Shown here: piece after piece, positions 40,501 through 48,832 of the stretch
Numbering within the stretch: the stretch's first letter is position 1
How the letters are laid out: every line of letters begins with the position of its first letter
Assembly (NCBI RefSeq): GCF_030028105.1
Contig: NC_092401.1
Coordinates: 15,286,984-15,350,983 of the forward strand
DNA from: Mobula birostris
Lineage: Eukaryota
Direction of reading: 5' to 3'
Length of the DNA: 64,000 nucleotides
Program-made: the position numbers and the translations under genes
Notes under the pieces: generated by a model
Databases searched by the model: none
The model's input: only the letters and a program-made list of their open reading frames with translations
What the model was told of the DNA's origin: nothing

Positions 40501-41805
40501 ATAACTGCGGTGACGATAGCCACAACGGACAGCAAGATGCAGACACCCAGGAGGGTATAGATCACCCTGAGAGAGATATTTCTTCTGGCAGGCTCCATTG
40601 GCTGGACACGGCTCTCTGCAAAATTTAAGTGAAAAGCATCACTGAGAGGAAGATGTGGAATCCAAATCTTTCCTGATTTGGATACGGGAAGAGCCGAAAT
40701 TTGACCGTCCAACAACAAACTTCACACTATAAAATTCGTTCTCCTTCGTATGTTAGACATAAAATTCCACAGGGAACAGAGCGGGTGCATGTTCTGTATA
40801 TTTCCAGAAGAGCATGTTTTCAATTTTGGGAGCGTGTAAGACCAGGGGATGCAACCTTAAAATCTAAGGATCGCTTTAGAACAGAGAGGAGGAGAAATAT
40901 CTTTACCTAGAGATGGTCTACCTGTGGAAGTAATTGCAACAGACAGCTGTGGAAGGCAATCCTTGGGTTTATTTAAAACGGGGGTTGATGAGCACTTGAA
41001 CTGTTATGGCATCTGAGGTAGCAGGAGAATGGCATTGAGAGGGAAAATAAACCAACCAAGATCCAATGGTGAAGCATAATCCATGGACCGATTCGCCTAA
41101 TACTTCTTAAATTCTGTTCCTGAATCATCTCAACATTCCTATAATCTTTCTACGAATAAAGCTTTCAGCTGGTAATCCTCGGATTCACTGTTTCACCTTC
41201 TCTGCATTTTATTCAAAGGAGTAGGATTTGCTATTCTTCAATTCATCTTCTTCTTCAGAATGTTGCGGAAGATGATAAAACTCCCCGGGCAGGGAATATA
41301 TATATACTGGAACCTTTGGGTAGTAAATGCATTCTCCCAGACTAGCCTTATACAAAATTAAATGGCATTCTACCCTCTCATATCATTCGCACTTCAACGT
41401 GTCCCTTCACTCAATTTCACATTCAACAGTTTTACCTCAATCTCTCCACATATAATTGGTCATAAGAGAAGAACGCTTGACGTTCTTGGGGATATCCATG
41501 CCAGTTTCAGGTTATGTTAGTATAAATTCCCTCTGAAGAAAAATCATTTAAATCTCTTCTACCATTTAAATGAATTCAGCCTTTTGAGGATTTCCACCGA
41601 CAACATATACTCTCGAATGTCCTTTTTACTTCCTTTATTCGATCTGAAAAAGTCGCTAAATTGTTGCTCAGTAATTTAGAAGTAACACGTGAAATAGGCC
41701 ACGTTGGCATTTACCTGGCTGCGAAGATTCTCCTTGGACACACGCTCTTTCATTTTGGCATTCAAAATGTTCTTTGACATTTTCATAAAAATTTTCAAGC
41801 TCCAT
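1479..41805 (-). CDS. Multi-exon type II transmembrane protein, probably a CD209/CLEC4/FCER2-type C-type lectin receptor (5' part only: tail, TM, neck; lectin domain expected left of position 1)
   Basis: Exons 41715-41805, 40496-40615, (32693-32734), 16040-16105, 12371-12442 and 1479-1550 have canonical GT donors and, for the internal exons, AG acceptors, all phase 1. They join in frame to [154 protein letters not shown]. Family assignment is inferred from architecture and neck similarity. That all exons belong to one transcript is inferred. Confidence 0.7.
2936..4323 (+). mobile_element. CR1-clade LINE, 5'-truncated
   Basis: RT motifs [28 protein letters not shown]; C-terminal LVRPHLEYC; (cttatgg[t/a])n tail; 5-bp TSD gattc at 2931-2935 and 4324-4328. 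Confidence 0.95.
4572..7040 (+). mobile_element. CR1-clade LINE, 5'-truncated and frameshifted (endonuclease end plus RT)
   Basis: [34 protein letters not shown]; (tttctatg)n tail. Confidence 0.95.
7835..8025 (-). mobile_element. SINE body fragment
   Basis: Antisense ...ccacccagctgaaaatggttaccggcaaaatgctggggttaacctcgcgatagactggcgtcc... resembles the conserved central domain of tRNA-derived SINEs; head not seen. Confidence 0.5.
9241..9472. repeat. Diverged 110-bp tandem repeat (~2 units); also at ~15316-15545
   Basis: caaagctc[t/c]ttt starts at 9241, 9351 and 9461; internal ctgctgacatttctgt is repeated. Confidence 0.7.
9668..11662 (-). mobile_element. CR1-clade LINE, 5'-truncated
   Basis: Minus-strand ORFs with [27 protein letters not shown]; 3' tail at 9668-9690. 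Confidence 0.95.
11663..12030 (+). mobile_element. CR1 3' end fragment
   Basis: Similar to 3940-4320; paralogous to 17497-17710. Confidence 0.85.
12371..12442 (-). CDS. Neck-repeat exon, 72 nt (copy 2)
   Basis: ccctttcag| ... |gtaagt; phase 1-1; [24 protein letters not shown], heptad I/L pattern. Confidence 0.8.
12826..13498 (+). mobile_element. Non-autonomous retroposon with (aatct)n tail; same family as 22012-22673
   Basis: GC-rich 5' part, AATAAA then ctcataatctaatctaatcta; clear similarity between the two copies. Confidence 0.8.
13955..14480 (-). mobile_element. Rex1/Babar LINE 3' fragment
   Basis: [18 protein letters not shown]...LQRVVKTAQ...PSGRRYRS; (aatct)n tail. Confidence 0.9.
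16040..16105 (-). CDS. Neck-repeat exon, 66 nt
   Basis: tttatttgcag| ... |gtaagt; phase 1-1; [22 protein letters not shown]. Confidence 0.75.
16615..17165 (+). mobile_element. Decayed CR1 RT fragment
   Basis: Similar to 2936-3275 and upstream RT region (aggtggataaatctcctg..., gactggaaaattgcaaatgt). Confidence 0.85.
17170..17490 (+). mobile_element. RTE-clade LINE 3' fragment inserted in CR1
   Basis: [13 protein letters not shown]...NENV...[17 protein letters not shown]...[13 protein letters not shown], typical of the RTE/BovB-type C-terminus. Confidence 0.75.
19527..21498 (-). mobile_element. Rex1/Babar LINE, internally deleted
   Basis: ORF 20104-21048: [51 protein letters not shown]. Same subfamily as 48833-50998. 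Confidence 0.95.
21503..23082 (-). mobile_element. CR1 3' fragment interrupted by the 22012-22673 element
   Basis: [11 protein letters not shown]...KCEVLH; [10 protein letters not shown]; [14 protein letters not shown]. Confidence 0.9.
22012..22673 (+). mobile_element. Non-autonomous retroposon with (aatct)n tail
   Basis: ggggggagaagatagcggcg start; AATAAA plus taatct repeats; paralog of 12826-13498. Confidence 0.8.
24608..27230 (-). mobile_element. CR1-clade LINE, 5'-truncated (endonuclease end plus RT)
   Basis: [37 protein letters not shown]. Confidence 0.95.
27235..28360 (-). mobile_element. Highly decayed Rex1/Babar-like fragment
   Basis: Residual nucleotide similarity to the Rex1 3' half seen elsewhere in the window. 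Confidence 0.45.
28945..30757 (-). mobile_element. Penelope-like element (RT plus GIY-YIG endonuclease), 5'-truncated
   Basis: 453-aa ORF 29340-30701: [56 protein letters not shown]. Confidence 0.95.
29008..29043 (-). ncRNA. Minimal hammerhead ribozyme-like motif in Penelope 3' region
   Basis: agtc-CTGACGA-agggtctcggcct-GAAA-tgtc-gact; stem I intact, GAAAC>GAAAT. Confidence 0.5.
30810..31240 (-). mobile_element. Decayed CR1 3' fragment
   Basis: Similar to 21715-21990 and 24830-25250. Confidence 0.75.
32693..32734 (-). CDS. Candidate 42-nt internal exon of the lectin-like gene
   Basis: Acceptor ttttctttcctgccgtcaacag|, donor GAG|gtatga, phase 1-1, open reading (I)[13 protein letters not shown]. 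No homology evidence. Confidence 0.4.
32870..37085 (+). mobile_element. Near full-length, decayed CR1 LINE (ORF1 Zn-finger/leucine zipper/esterase, endonuclease, RT), interrupted by Rex1
   Basis: ORF1 ECSTCRIWE...DDYTC...[16 protein letters not shown] at 33070-33280; esterase and endonuclease remnants 34300-34930; RT remnants 35500-36950; 3' tail ~37060-37085. Confidence 0.9.
33285..34120 (-). mobile_element. Rex1/Babar 3' fragment with (ctgatt)n tail
   Basis: [15 protein letters not shown]...RKKLQKVV...LPSGRR. Confidence 0.9.
37140..37715 (-). mobile_element. Penelope-like 3' fragment containing an (AAAT)n microsatellite
   Basis: Similar to 28950-29470. Confidence 0.9.
37201..37233 (-). 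ncRNA. Minimal hammerhead ribozyme-like motif
   Basis: tc-CTGACGA-agggactcggccc-GAAAC-GTC-gac; catalytic core intact, stem I weakened. Confidence 0.5.
37790..38170 (-). mobile_element. CR1 ORF1 fragment
   Basis: Similar to 8480-8830. Confidence 0.7.
39884..39942 (-). pseudogene. Possible second decayed neck exon
   Basis: catag| ... |gtgagt. One frame reads [14 protein letters not shown] (cf. [12 protein letters not shown]), but the 59-nt length breaks frame. NVGKV recurs at ~32340-32380 behind another acceptor. Confidence 0.35.
39978..40057 (-). pseudogene. Dead neck exon (pseudo-exon) of the lectin-like gene
   Basis: Acceptor ctgttttccgtag|. 3' end gag gaa ata tcg c-- ctg aaa aca a|GGAAGT aligns to the live exon end gac gag att tcg cag ctg aat aac a|GTAAGT. 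In-frame stops, a frameshift and a GT>GG donor. Confidence 0.55.
40496..40615 (-). CDS. Lectin-like gene, transmembrane exon
   Basis: Acceptor aattttgcag|, donor |gtaagt, 120 nt, phase 1-1. (E)[39 protein letters not shown]: basic residues precede a ~23-aa hydrophobic span, as expected for type II topology. Confidence 0.85.
40745..41100 (+). mobile_element. Decayed CR1 3' fragment in lectin intron 1
   Basis: Similar to 3940-4285. Confidence 0.7.
41715..41805 (-). CDS. Lectin-like gene, first coding exon (cytoplasmic tail with YENV motif)
   Basis: aaaacATGG Kozak context; [30 protein letters not shown](G); donor CAG|gtaaat; 91 nt, phase 1. Confidence 0.75.
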
Positions 41806-41851
41806 GTTTTCAGCTGTCGGGGTTTCTTGTCTTTGAATAACTTGTGGGACA

Positions 41852-41885
41852 AAAGGGAAGCGGAATTCCTTACCACACTTCCTCT
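41852..41885 (-). promoter_or_regulatory. Putative myeloid promoter element: PU.1/ETS site overlapping a RUNX site, plus a second purine box
   Basis: Minus strand AGAGGAAGTGTGGT (GAGGAAGT plus TGTGGT) ~70 bp upstream of the ATG; AAAGGGAAG on the opposite strand at ~41852-41860. Motif match only. Confidence 0.4.
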
Positions 41886-44053
41886 AACTGAGCTGCAACG
41901 CTGCATTTTGAAGTCAGAAGTCTAGAGTATGCAAACGGAATGCATATAGCTGTACTTTAAGCATTGGTATTCGAAGCGTTTATACCACGAACTGACCGAA
42001 GTAAATCTGCTTTGGCTTCCATATAAGATCAATTGTTTATGTAAATAATCAACAACAGAGGTTCCAACACGGACTATTAGGGATCTCGACATGCTAGAGG
42101 CGTCCGGTAGGGGAACCGAATTCCAGTCATAACTATCTGCTTCCCAACACTGTGGCAATTGTTAGCTACACCTCGCTAGCTGCACGTGAATTCCATGCAA
42201 CTCGTTTTGGAAGGGCGTTAAACACTGTGTTCTGCAGACTGAAACGGCCAACTGATATTTCATACCGCATTGATTTGAGAAACGACTCCAACCTTACGAC
42301 CAGAAAGTCAATTCGACTGAATGTCAAATTGTACGAATTACTGAAATTAGGGTCTATTTCGATAAAAGGGGCAATTCCCACCATTTCGCACAAATGCACG
42401 AAGCTGTCTTCATGAATTTACTTCTCCTTCAACGTAAATCGGACAATATTGCCAGATTATAACCGTGAATTTTACAATATTGATAACTCTTTTATTGGTG
42501 TTATCATTCTCCAAATGACCGCTAGGAATAATCAGCATAACAACTGTGGCCTGCTCTTTCTCAGATATTTAAATTTCCAGTCCTCACTTCTCCCTGCCGC
42601 CTGCAATTTCCGGCTTTTATCCAGGCCATGGAAATGTCATGCATAGTATCTCTAAACTCTTTCCGTTGCCTCCTCACATTTACACATCACTAAAACAAAA
42701 ACATCAGCTATACCGGAGACTTGTTAAGGCTATTCAGCCATGCCCTAAGTAGCTGAAGCATCCTTTCTTTTTCAGCAGCCAGATTATGTTGTTCAGCAGT
42801 AATATTTTGTTCTCTATCTTACCATCCACTGACAAAGAAAGCAGCGTGACCGAAATTCCTTTATCGAGGAGAGGTGATAGATCTGAAGAGTTAATTTTGT
42901 TTTTCTCTCCGCAGATGTGAATTGATCTGTTTCAGGAATTGCACCAAATTAAATATCTAACAGAGCTCATAACATTATGGCTTTACTTCTAATGTGTACT
43001 GTTCTCGATTTTATTGTTCATTTTATTTCTATTTCTAATTGTACCACATGTTTTTAATGCAAGGCACTAAAAACTGACCAGATGACAACCAAGACACTGG
43101 TTGTGGTGCAGTTCACCAGCGCAGGATCTGCCAAAAATCCTCCCAATCTTCTTGAACTGTTAGCATTGTAGAAATGTAGATCATCACACAACGACTTTCA
43201 GCAAGCACCCACAATGGCTGAAGTGATAGTTATCACATTATCTGTATTAGCGATGTTTAAATAAATGTTGGTAACAATGTCAGCATATCCTCGCAGCGTT
43301 TTTAGGAGCTCTGATGGTCCATTTGTTCAATAAGGAGGATGTGCAGGACATCAGGTTATTTTTTTCACTACTGATTGGACCTGTCTTGCTCCTCCATATA
43401 GCAAGCCCAGGAATTTTCTCATCTCTGTTCTAACACCTTGAATCAGTCCAGAAACTTGAGCACAAAAATCTTGACTAGTGTATTTCCTACTTTATACTGC
43501 GGACTACACTTCAAAGAGTGCTTTATTTTCTGCAAAAAGCACACAGGGACCAGTGGACCTTTGTACAGAAATACAAGCTCATTCGTTCCAGTGTATTACT
43601 TTTCAGATCAAGAACAAATATCATCTGGGGGCACATGATGTTCGAGAGAAACAGATTTAATGAAAATGTTAAACCACTGCAATATATTTTGGTATTTGGG
43701 AAATATTCATTTTCTTTGATATTCCTTTCAATTTGACTGCACAGTTCACAAAGTTTCAGTGTGGTTGAACTAATAGCACATACTAAGAAGATTTCTGAAA
43801 CAATTTCTTACTAAACTTTGAAACTCACTGACATCCAAATTTTCAACTCTTTCTTAAATTTTAGAGTAAGCCCAACGTTACTCATTTATGTGATCGTGTC
43901 ACCAGACTAGCAGAATGCATGAGGTTTGGTTCCCTAGATGTGCAGCACATGCATTGTGTGATAAGATAAACAGCCTGTTCACCAAATGCAGCAAAGTGGC
44001 TAATGACTTATCAATTCTCATTAGAGTCACAAATTACAGAGATTCTGAGATCG

Positions 44054-44128
44054 TGCAGTGAAGTGAGGAAGTTTATAGCAAAGAATTTTAGATTTCAAAT
44101 GCTTCCCAGTATGTGGTTGATATTTGAG
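44054..44128. repeat. 75-bp direct repeat (other copy 47601-47675) flanking the inserted duplicate
   Basis: tgcagtgaagtgaggaag...gatatttgag, one mismatch between copies. Confidence 0.95.
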
Positions 44129-47100
44129 TGGTGCGAAGGCCACCTCTATAACAATATACATCTAGTGTCAGTATGATTTGGGGTTCAACCAAACAGGAAA
44201 GTTGGGATACACTGATTAACAAAACCTTGATTTGAGAAAAAGCTGTGTAAATACTGTCCGTACAGAATTACTGGTGGCTAGGAAATGGCGAATCATACGC
44301 CAGCATAAGAATATAAACAAAGTGAATTTGTTAGTTTCAGTTTTATCAAACAGCTATTAGGAGAAAGAAAAGAAAAAAAAGGCCCGTTAAAGTTTGACCA
44401 GTCTAAAGGTGCAGTCAAAAGCTGGGAATACTGTTGCTCAAAACATTTAATTCTCATCAGCAATCACAGTAGAACTTCCGATTTTCGACGCCTTAATCTT
44501 GCAAAGCACTTTTTGCAATAGTGCCTTCTCATCGGATTGAATCGGTTCTTCCCAAATTTCTCTTCTCTAAATCTCCTGCCAAAATAGCACAAGCCCCACC
44601 ACCATCTTTCACAAATCTCCCTCTACCCAGCTCTCTCTCGAACCTTCTCCGGGTCTCGCTATCTGGATTGGCGAACACAATATTCCTAAATTGAACATGT
44701 CTTCATATCTTGATCTGAAACCAAAACATTCTACCAGCAGAACACGCTGCTTTTACAGAAAACGACTAAGATGAAATACCTCACAGCATATAAATTTAAC
44801 CAAATCAGCACACTACATTTTTTGTTACAGATGGTCTTTATTTGGCACAGGTAAGGGGCGAAGATGGTGCCACCTCAACACATCTCTGATTGAACAGGTC
44901 TTTCCATTAATCCACCTTGAATTGCCCCATCAATGATCTTCCTTCCATAATAAAGTCAAAGTTTAATAAATGACTTAAGGTGCAATTTTCAGATAATAAG
45001 TATAGCCAGGGGAACAGAAACATGCCCTTTGACCTATTTGGTCCATGTCAACAAAGCTTCTCATCTAAACTTAAGCACAAGACATTCTGCAGACGCTGGG
45101 AATCCACAGTAATACACACAAAATACTGGAGGAATACAACAAGTCAGGTAGCATCTACAGAGGGGAATAAACCTATGACATTTCAAGCTGCCACCATTCA
45201 CCAGGACTGGTATGGAAGGCAGACAAAGCTAGAATCAGATAGTATGGAAAGGGGGTAGGTGGGAAAGGAGGGATGAAGTTCGAAGCTGGGAGATGACAGT
45301 TGGAAAAGAAAAAAGAGCTGAAGAAAAAGGAATTTGATAGGAAAGTGGATCATGGGAGAAAGGGAATTGGGAGAGGCATGAGAGGGAGGCGATAGGCAAG
45401 TGATGAAAAGAGAAGGGCTGGATGGGGATCCAGAACACGGTATAAAAAAGAGATAGGGAAGATAAAGAAATTAATGCTCATGCTATAAAGATGGAGGAAA
45501 CTCAGACAAAATATGAGGTGTTGCTCCTTCAGTCCGTGAAAGGGCTCATCATGGCAGTGAAGAGGCCATGGAACAGCATGTCGGAATGGGAATGGGAAGT
45601 AGAACTAAAATGAGTGGCCACCAGGAACTCCTACCTGTCGCAGATGGAGTGAAAGCATTCAACAAAGTGGTCCCCATTTTTATTTTGGGTCTCACTGATG
45701 CAGAGAGCAAATCACACAGAAAGGTCCAGATACAGTAGAGGACACCAGCAGGTGAAATGATGCTCTCCTGGAAAGACTGTATGGTGCCCTGAATGGTCAT
45801 AAGGGAGGAGGTGAATGGATAGGTGTAGCATTTGTACTGCCTACAGGGATAAGTTCCAGGAGGTTTATCAGTGGGAGGGGATGAAGAATATGAGCAAACA
45901 ACAGACAATATGATCCCTTTAGAAACTGGAGGGTGATGGGGTAGGGAAAGAAGTGTTTAGTGGTAGCCCTGGCAAGATGGTGAAGATTACAAAAAATGAA
46001 ATGCAGGATGTCGAAGATTGTGGGGTGGTAGCATAAGGGGAAATCTCTCCCTGTTATTTTGGTTTAGGGGTACTTGATAAAATAGGCTGCAGTCAGCATG
46101 GTTTCAGTAAGGGAAAATCTTGTTTGACGGATCTGTTGAAATTCCTTAAAGGAGTAACAAGTCGGGCAGACAAAAGAGAAACGTTTGATGTTGTGTACTT
46201 AGATTTTCAGTAGCCCTTTGCCATGAGGATGCTGAATAAGTTAAGAGGTCATGGTGTTACGGAAAAAATGGAGGCAGGGATAAAATAGAGGGGGCAAAGA
46301 GTGGGAATAAGGGAGCCTTTTATGGTTGGCTGCAGGTTACTAGTGGTGTTCCACAGCAGTCTGTGTTGGGATTGCTTCTTTCTACATCATAAGTCAATGT
46401 ATTGGATGATGGAATTGATGGTGGCTTAGTAGCGAAGTGTGAGGATGATAGGAAGGCAGGTGAAAGGGCAGGTACTTTTCAGGAAGTAGAGAAGCTACAG
46501 AAAGACAAATTAGAATGGACAAATACGTGGCAGATAGAATACAGTTTTGCGATTGGTACAATCATGCAATTTGGTAGAACAAATAAAAGTGTGAACAATT
46601 TTCTGGATGGAGGGAAAATACAAAGATATGAGTTGCAATGGAGAAAGGAGTGCTTGTGTAGGATTCCCTAAAAGTTAATGTTCAGGTTGAGTCTGTGGTA
46701 AGGAAGGCAATTGTAATGTTATCATTCATTTCAATCATTGGAAATCAGGATTATCACAGTGTGGCATTGGCCAATGTGGACACAGGAGCAATAACTTTGC
46801 CACCTGTCCCTAATACCCTGACATCCTTCCCACAATGTGGAAACAACACTTCTGAAGCTGGAACAGAATTTTATAAGAGTTCAACATAATTTCCCAGCAT
46901 TGATAATCTGGAGCTCTATAGATAAAGACCACATTGTGTGTTACAATTGTTTTCTCAACTTATCCTGCCACCTTGAATTCCTTGTGCAGCACGATTAGCT
47001 ACAAGGAGATGCTGGACGATGTAGATCAGCGGTCCCCAACCACCGGGCCGTGGACCGGTACCGCAGAGCATGCGATACCGGCCGCAAGGCTGCGATATGG

Positions 47101-47603
47101 TTTTGTCAGCTGCACCCTTCCTCAATCCCTGTCACGGCCACTGATCAGCCACTACGCATGCGAGGTCATGACCCGCGCGTCATCCGTGTCAGGGCGGGAA
47201 GGCGATGAAATCCTCGAGCTTGCAAATGACAACGGGCCGAGAAGTCTGTTTGACATAACATCTCTGTCGGCATTTTGGATCAAAGTCAAGGCTAAATATC
47301 CTGCGATAGCCACGAAAGCACTGAAAACGTTGCTTACATTTCCAACATTTTTCTGCGAAGCGGAGTTTTCTGCAATGAATGCAACGAAAACTAAACTGCG
47401 GAATCGACTGGACATCAGGAACCCTCTTCGAGTATCGATGTCTCCCATCACCCCTCGATAGGACCGTCTTGTTGCAGGGAAACAAGCCCAGGGCTCCCGC
47501 TGATTCAGCGATATTGGTGTGTTGCAGTGATTTTATATATTCATACGGGGGAAATATGTGCTGTGCGTTTAATATCCAAATATTGCTTAAAATGTTATGA
47601 TGC
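44127..47603. repeat. Recent ~3.48-kb direct duplication, derived copy of 51716-55193
   Basis: Near-identical sequence at offset 7589/7590. Contains unique DNA, a decayed Penelope (~45080-46050), CR1 (~46070-46740) and a truncated hAT (47027-47603). Confidence 0.97.
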
Positions 47604-48214
47604 AGTGAAGTGAGGAAGTTTATAGCAAAGAATTTTAGATTTCAAATGCTTGCCAGTATGTGGTTGATATTTGAGGAAGCACGAAGTCTTGCTGCTCCAA
47701 CCATTAGCATTTCTCCTGTATTCTCTACACAGTTCCTCTTTAAAATTCAATTCTGAAAATATTCAGCATTTCTCAGCATTTAAACTACATTTTGCTTCTT
47801 TGGCAAAACATGTTACAACTGCAGTTTTCACAGTGCTGAAGTTTGAGCACCTTATTTCCGTGTATCAATAGCAGAAGTATGAAAGTTAAAATATATGATC
47901 TAATCCAACATGCGTTAAAATGTCAGAAAAATAGTTGAAGATTATGCAAGAGGAATAAAACCGGTGGAATTATTGGGAATATAGAAAACAATCAAGAATT
48001 ATTTACGAGAAAGAAAACGAGTAAACACTTGTACCCATGGTGCGTTAAACTGAAGTAAAATTTATCTGATGTCTCCAGTATTCTGAAGAGTAGGAGCCTA
48101 AACTTAAGCAGATTCACCCACAGTCTCTCATCTCAAACCGAGTGAGTTTGATGAAAACTCTCTCAGTCTCTGTATCATACCGCTGTGGTTTGTTTTTACA
48201 GGGCATCTCAAATT

Positions 48215-48825
48215 CTAAAGTTCAAAGTGAATTTATTATTAAAGTATATATATCTCACCATATAAACCTGAGATATCGGTTCTTTTGGGCATACACAGTA
48301 AATACAAAGAATCACAATGAAAGACCACACACAAAAAGACAGATAAACAGCCATGTAACAAAGACAACAAAATGCAAATTCAAATGAAAAAAAAATAAGC
48401 AATAAATACAGAACATGAGATGAAACTTCTTTGAAAGCAAACCCAAAGGCTGCGGGGATAGTTCAGTTTTGGGATGAGTGAAGTTGAGTGAAGTTATCCC
48501 GTCTAGTGCAAGAGCCTATGGCTTTGGGGAAAGTAATAACTGTTCATAACCTGGTGGTGTGGGACCTGAGGCCCCTGTACCTCCTTACTGAACAACAGCA
48601 CAGAGATGAGAGCATTATCTGGGTGGCGGAGCTCCTTGATGGTGGATGCTGCTTTCCTGCAACAGTGCTCCACATAGATGAGCTCAATATTGGGGAGGGC
48701 TTTACCTGTGATACACTGGCTGTAACAATTAGTTTTTGTAGTTGTTCCCCATTCAAGTGCATTGCAACCAGTCAATAAAATCTCTACCACACTTCAATGG
48801 AATTTTCTCAAAGTTTTACAAAAGT
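48215..48825 (-). mobile_element. Older Rex1/Babar 3' fragment (further decayed Rex1 at ~51000-51550)
   Basis: VEILLTGC...ITGKALPNIELIYVEHCCRKAASTIK; GAPQGCVLTPLL in ORF 51294-51596. Confidence 0.75.
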
Positions 48826-48832
48826 TTGTAGA

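Noticed and set aside
41922-42415. Cluster of 77-87 aa ORFs upstream of lectin exon 1
   Set aside because: No recognisable motif or splice structure; consistent with chance ORFs in promoter DNA.
42823-42882. 60-nt open phase 1-1 exon candidate (DLSPLLDKGISVTLLSLSVD)
   Set aside because: Lies upstream of the inferred start, has a poor polypyrimidine tract and appears to overlap a decayed Penelope-type repeat.
46934-47461. hAT dimerisation ORF as a domesticated ZBED/SCAND3-like gene
   Set aside because: Only a C-terminal remnant with a stop, inside an element whose intact copy has TIRs and an 8-bp TSD.
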